Part shown: positions 17,057 through 20,652 of the stretch, in pieces
Numbering within the stretch: the first letter of the stretch is position 1
Layout: each line of letters begins with the position of its first letter
Assembly: GCA_044352465.1 (NCBI GenBank)
Contig: JBILDU010000052.1
Coordinates: 1 to 20,652, forward strand
Length of the DNA: 20,652 bases
From: Bdellovibrionota bacterium
GTDB lineage: Bacteria; Bdellovibrionota_C; UBA2361
Direction: 5' to 3'
Position numbers and translations under genes: made by a program
The notes under the pieces: generated by a model
The model's database searches: none
Seen by the model: only the letters and a program-made list of their open reading frames with translations
What the model was told of the DNA's origin: nothing

Positions 17057-17851
17057 TTAAGGTAGGCCCAGAAGTTTGCCGCGAATCGTCGTTCGGCACC
17101 GATCGTGGATGTACGTTGGCCGAACGACAAACTCGTGTTCGGGGGAGAATCGTATGATAAAGGAGGGGAAGTCGTCGGAGCAGAGGTGCCGAATCGCTTG
17201 TACCTCTCGCTTGGGGGGGGCAACAACCGGATACGTTGCGGCGATCCACGCCCGGAACGAGCAGTAAAGGAGCGACTGGTTTTCGATAAGCGGCACCGCC
17301 GTTTGTTGTTCACATAGCTCAATCAAGTGGCGTAGGGCCTGCGTGTACGCGGGGGGAGAGAGGAGCGCCTCCCGACGTTGTTCGATCGCGCCTGTGGGGG
17401 TGCGACGCATCGAGAGATGATTGAGCGCCGCACCGTGCGTTACCGGAAATATCCGCTCCCCCTGTGGGCCTCCCGCCACCAGCACGGCTGGGGTCCCATC
17501 TCGAAGGCGCACCTCCAAAAGGGTATGGATCGTGAGCGGTCCGTCAGCAGCGCCGGTAAATCGAAAATCGGAATAAAGCCTTCCGGTATAATCGAGGTGA
17601 GCGTTGAGCGGGCTTTTGCTCGCTTTGCCGATCCGTTCATCGCTTAAGCGACGCAGGGTCGCTGGTTCAATAAGGTGAGGGTGGCTCTCGGGGTTCGGTG
17701 CGGTGCATGCCCGATCGGTAAGCTCGCGGTGATATGCCGCTACCACCAGGTCGCGCTCTACGCGCGGAGAGAACGATAATGAGTCGAGAAGGTGCTCCGC
17801 CACAAGGGCGGGGGCGGGGCGTTCGGGGGTGTGTTCTGGGAATTGCGCCAT
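17057..17851 (-). CDS. Hypothetical protein (264 aa), paralog of 16301-17047
   Basis: Long ORF ending 9 nt before the next gene. Shared blocks E.DL...A[FY]H, DY.GR..S..RF, LLE.R, LLSP.A[FY], S.LYC..R..I. Confidence 0.8.
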   Translation of the reverse strand: MAQFPEHTPERPAPALVAEHLLDSLSFSPRVERDLVVAAYHRELTDRACTAPNPESHPHLIEPATLRRLSDERIGKASKSPLNAHLDYTGRLYSDFRFTGAADGPLTIHTLLEVRLRDGTPAVLVAGGPQGERIFPVTHGAALNHLSMRRTPTGAIEQRREALLSPPAYTQALRHLIELCEQQTAVPLIENQSLLYCSFRAWIAATYPVVAPPKREVQAIRHLCSDDFPSFIIRFSPEHEFVVRPTYIHDRCRTTIRGKLLGLP

Positions 17852-18110
17852 CGGTTTACATCAAAATAGGTCCCCCAGAATAGCGCAGTTTATTGGTGTA
17901 GTCATGGGTGAGCGTGGCGTACCTTCGGGTACCCGAGTGCCCGGCGGGGAGATAAGTCGTTCATATCCCTATCCGCCCGGTAAAAGAGGCCTGTCGCACC
18001 GCGGAGCCCCGATCCACTGGAATCTCAGGATGTTGAGTAAAGCTCGGATTAAGGTGTGAAGCGCGCGTTACCGGGCAGACCTGTAGCGAGAGAGCGGGGG
18101 ATTCTGCGCT

Positions 18111-18362
18111 CTAGGGGCCGCGCTGCTTAGTGGCGGCTTTTGAATCCTTGGCTATCCGCCAACGTTTAAACGCTCCGATCGCCACAAGTCCTGGGGCGAC
18201 CACAACGCAGGCAGTGCATACGGCGCCCGAAAGCATGACTCCAGCGGCGCCGAGGGCCCCGATTCCTGCACCGAGGGCGATACACGTATTCGCCTCTCGC
18301 CTTTGCGTGTTCGATTTCGGGTCGGATGGGGTGGGCATGCGTTCTGAAATCTCCTTGTCCAT
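18111..18362 (-). CDS. Small membrane protein (83 aa) with a CxxC in a Gly/Ala-rich hydrophobic hairpin
   Basis: TCIALGAGIGALGAAGVMLSGAVCTACVVVAPGLVAIGAF followed by a basic tail. Co-oriented with, and 28 nt downstream of, the ECF sigma gene. Confidence 0.7.
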   Translation of the reverse strand: MDKEISERMPTPSDPKSNTQRREANTCIALGAGIGALGAAGVMLSGAVCTACVVVAPGLVAIGAFKRWRIAKDSKAATKQRGP

Positions 18363-18390
18363 AGAACCAAGGCCTGATTCTTTTATCGGT

Positions 18391-19068
18391 CTACGGGAAC
18401 CGTGAGCGGAGGCGCGCGAGGGTCCGCCACAGGAGGGATTTTACCGAGCCGAGGGGTATGTCGAGGTCGTTGGAGATCTCCTGCATCGTTCGGCCACGGC
18501 AGTATTGCTCGAGGACGGACCGGCGCTTGGTATCGAGCGCACCCATCTTTGCCTGAGCAAACTCGAGCGCCTCGCGTTGCACCTGTTTCTCGAGCGGGGA
18601 GGGCCCCTTGTGGGGAAAGAGAGCATCGCTCAGTTCGTCCGTTAGCGGGGAATGTCGACGAGTCTCAACGACTCCTTGCGAGACCGAACTGTGACGCCGC
18701 AAGTGATCGATGACCACCCGTCGGGTTATCATACTCACGAAGGTCGTTTCCTTCGAACGAGTCGGATCGTAGCGGTCGATAGCCTTCGAGATCTTAAACC
18801 ACGCTTGTTGGGAGATATCGTCAACCGTATTCGGGTCCCGAATAAACTCGCGAATGAGCCCTCTGACCACTCCGCGGTACTCTTTATACCACCGGTTAAA
18901 CTCCGCTGAGTCTCGCGGGCGCGAAGGCGAAAATGTAGCGTGTTCGAGAGTCACTCCGGTCGAGTTTGATTCGACGTCCGGCGGCCCCTCATTTTTTTTA
19001 GCTAATCCAGCGGTTGACTCGTTCACGGTCGAACGCTTGGCTATCAAGCAGGTCTCCTTCGTTAACAC
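18391..19068 (-). CDS. ECF-type RNA polymerase sigma-70 factor
   Basis: Sigma2 region (F...Y..Y...V...DDISQQAW.KI...YDP.RS...ITRR..IDHLRR) and sigma4 region (GRTMQEIS..LDIPLGSVKS...R...RLR). Start is uncertain: GTG 19068 has a GAGGGGG SD, and the ORF extends to 19116. Confidence 0.9.
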   Translation of the reverse strand: MLTKETCLIAKRSTVNESTAGLAKKNEGPPDVESNSTGVTLEHATFSPSRPRDSAEFNRWYKEYRGVVRGLIREFIRDPNTVDDISQQAWFKISKAIDRYDPTRSKETTFVSMITRRVVIDHLRRHSSVSQGVVETRRHSPLTDELSDALFPHKGPSPLEKQVQREALEFAQAKMGALDTKRRSVLEQYCRGRTMQEISNDLDIPLGSVKSLLWRTLARLRSRFP

Positions 19069-19254
19069 GTCGTCCCCCTCTCCGTGAGTGCTTCGGGCGG
19101 CGTTTCTTACCCGCACGAGGATACCATGGAATACTGAGGTAGGCTAAAAAAGATCCCGTCGCCCAGTGTGAGCCTAAAATATGCTATAGCCCTCCGCGGT
19201 GAGGTTTCTTATAACGATGGATAGACTCAACAAGTCTTTGTGGAGAGAGGAGAC

Positions 19255-19626
19255 ATGATAATCGTCATCTGCCAACTTATCATCGCGCTCGGGATTTATA
19301 ACGTTTGGATTTTACGCTTCAACAAGGCGACCGCTTTTCGTGGCGGCGCGGCCAAGACTATGTCCGAGGAGTTTCAAGCGTACGGCTTACCCCTCTGGTT
19401 TATGAAGGTGGTCATGGTTTTAAAACTTACCTGCGCCACCCTCGTTCTCGCCGGTATCTGGTTGCCGGGGCTTGCTCAGTTGGGAGCCATCGGGATGGTG
19501 GTTCTCATGACTGGAGCGGTCTTGATGCACGCGAAGGTCAAGGATGAGATTAAAAAGAGCTTGCCGGCCTTGGCGATGCTCCTCCTCTCAGTAATCGTCG
19601 CCATCAATGTCGGAGCCGGGGCGTAG
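19255..19626 (+). CDS. DoxX-like family membrane protein
   Basis: NVWILRF...T.FRGG.A..M.EEF..YGLP.WFM, LM.GAV.MH.KVKD..KKSLPA. ATG 19255 follows GAGAGGAG. Confidence 0.85.
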   Translation: MIIVICQLIIALGIYNVWILRFNKATAFRGGAAKTMSEEFQAYGLPLWFMKVVMVLKLTCATLVLAGIWLPGLAQLGAIGMVVLMTGAVLMHAKVKDEIKKSLPALAMLLLSVIVAINVGAGA

Positions 19627-19687
19627 CACCATCTTGGCTCGTCATCGGGTGAGGCGACGACTCCGCCACGAGTGAAGAAAACACTCC

Positions 19688-20617
19688 CTACACCCCGATG
19701 GGATGCCATGTCGTCTTGATCTCTTGTGTCTTTAAGATGGCATAGGGGCTTTGTCTCTCCGGACTACGCCAGTCGACATCTCGGTGGATAACCACGCGCT
19801 TGATATTCATTGCGGCTTTCGACTGAATCTCGGCCAGCTCCGCGGCGGAGTCCCCACAGTACACGATCGCATTGACGTCCATATGCGAGGCGAATTGCCC
19901 TAAAAGCTCGTGGCGCGCTCCGGTAAGGAGGTTCACCACTCCACCTGGGAGGTCGGATGTCCCGAGCACCTCGGTGAGTGTTACCGCCGGAAGTGGTTTG
20001 GAATACGACGCGAGTATCACGCAGGTATTTCCACCAACGATCGCAGGAGCCATCACGGAGATGAGCCCCAGGAGCGCCGAGTCCTCCGGCGCAACGATCG
20101 CGACGACACCGGTCGGCTCCGGTACCGAAAAATTAAAATGGTGCGAGCTCACCGGATTCACCGCACTAAATAGTTGGGGGTATTTGTCGGACCATCCCGC
20201 GTAGTACACGAGTCGATCGATCGCTCCATTGACCTCCTGCACCGCGGCTTTGCGTGAATCTCCGAGCGCGCACAGCTCTCCCACGAACTGATCGCGCCGC
20301 CCCTCCAGCATCTCGGCCATGCGGTAGAGGATCTGTCCGCGATTGTAGGCGGTTGCCTTCGACCACTTCTCAAATCCCTCACGGGCAGCGACCACTGCCG
20401 CCTTAAAGTCCTTACGCGAGGAGAGACAGACGTTGGCGAGAAGCTCGTCTTTTGGCGATCGGACCTCGTAGTATCGTCCCGACTCAGTGCGCGGGAACTT
20501 TCCCCCAATAAATATCTTATAGGTTTTCATGACCCCTAGTCTCTGCTCGACCGCATCGTCGAGACGGCGAAGCTTCGTCGTCCGCGTGGGCTCCTTGATC
20601 TTCTTTGCTGCACCCAT
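19688..20617 (-). CDS. Short aldehyde dehydrogenase family protein (Rossmann and oligomerisation regions only; catalytic domain absent)
   Basis: KTYKIFIGGKFPRTESGR, RGQILYRMAEMLE, YYAGW.DK, PEPTGVV, LPGGVVNLLTG, EIKTTWHP. No ELGGK or catalytic GQxC motif. Confidence 0.88.
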   Translation of the reverse strand: MGAAKKIKEPTRTTKLRRLDDAVEQRLGVMKTYKIFIGGKFPRTESGRYYEVRSPKDELLANVCLSSRKDFKAAVVAAREGFEKWSKATAYNRGQILYRMAEMLEGRRDQFVGELCALGDSRKAAVQEVNGAIDRLVYYAGWSDKYPQLFSAVNPVSSHHFNFSVPEPTGVVAIVAPEDSALLGLISVMAPAIVGGNTCVILASYSKPLPAVTLTEVLGTSDLPGGVVNLLTGARHELLGQFASHMDVNAIVYCGDSAAELAEIQSKAAMNIKRVVIHRDVDWRSPERQSPYAILKTQEIKTTWHPIGV

Positions 20618-20633
20618 AAAGCTCTAATTACCT

Positions 20634-20652
20634 TTACTCAATATCGACGTAT
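20634..20652 (-). CDS. Possible 3' end of an upstream gene (...YVDIE*), plausibly the full-length ALDH partner
   Basis: Only five codons plus TAA are visible, 16 nt upstream of the short ALDH start. The identity is inferred from the usual gene order. Confidence 0.3.

Noticed and set aside
3421..20508. Numerous short antisense or alternate-frame ORFs in the track (e.g. 3421-3723, 6131-6541, 12773-13207, 16912-17322, 20158-20508)
   Set aside because: They are shadow ORFs lying within well-supported genes, as expected in GC-rich DNA.
1..20652. Prophage, defence island, rRNA or tRNA genes
   Set aside because: No phage structural, integrase or recognisable defence domains were seen, and no tRNA or rRNA signatures.

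Overview
GC-rich bacterial chromosomal window, probably from a diderm (there is a lipoprotein and several signal-peptide proteins); the taxon cannot be fixed from the sequence. It holds about 21 complete or partial CDSs, mostly unlinked housekeeping and signalling genes: the 3' end of a possible RAYT/Y1-transposase-like gene, mpg, an atypical receiver protein, mgtE, a GAF-PAS hybrid histidine kinase, a GT2, msrA, a DUF4397-like lipoprotein, an SGNH hydrolase, an RsbW-like ATPase, a ProDH-like/GNAT pair, a duplicated PAP2/vanadium-haloperoxidase-like protein, a CheY-like regulator, two DoxX proteins, an ECF sigma with a small CxxC neighbour, and a short non-catalytic ALDH-like protein. No rRNA, tRNA or CRISPR array was seen. 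The most notable signals are: (i) two homologous ~61-nt CTAG-bounded hairpin elements at 16166-16284, inverted, sharing a central CTAG and showing a compensatory stem change; (ii) next to them, a tandem pair of diverged paralogous unknown proteins (16301-17851); (iii) an exact 60-bp tandem duplication with an internal palindrome (1740-1859); (iv) a hairpin-rich spacer after the transposase-like gene; (v) a perfect internal Shine-Dalgarno in msrA just after the predicted signal peptide, suggesting two isoforms. All assignments are from motif recognition by eye; no searches were run.
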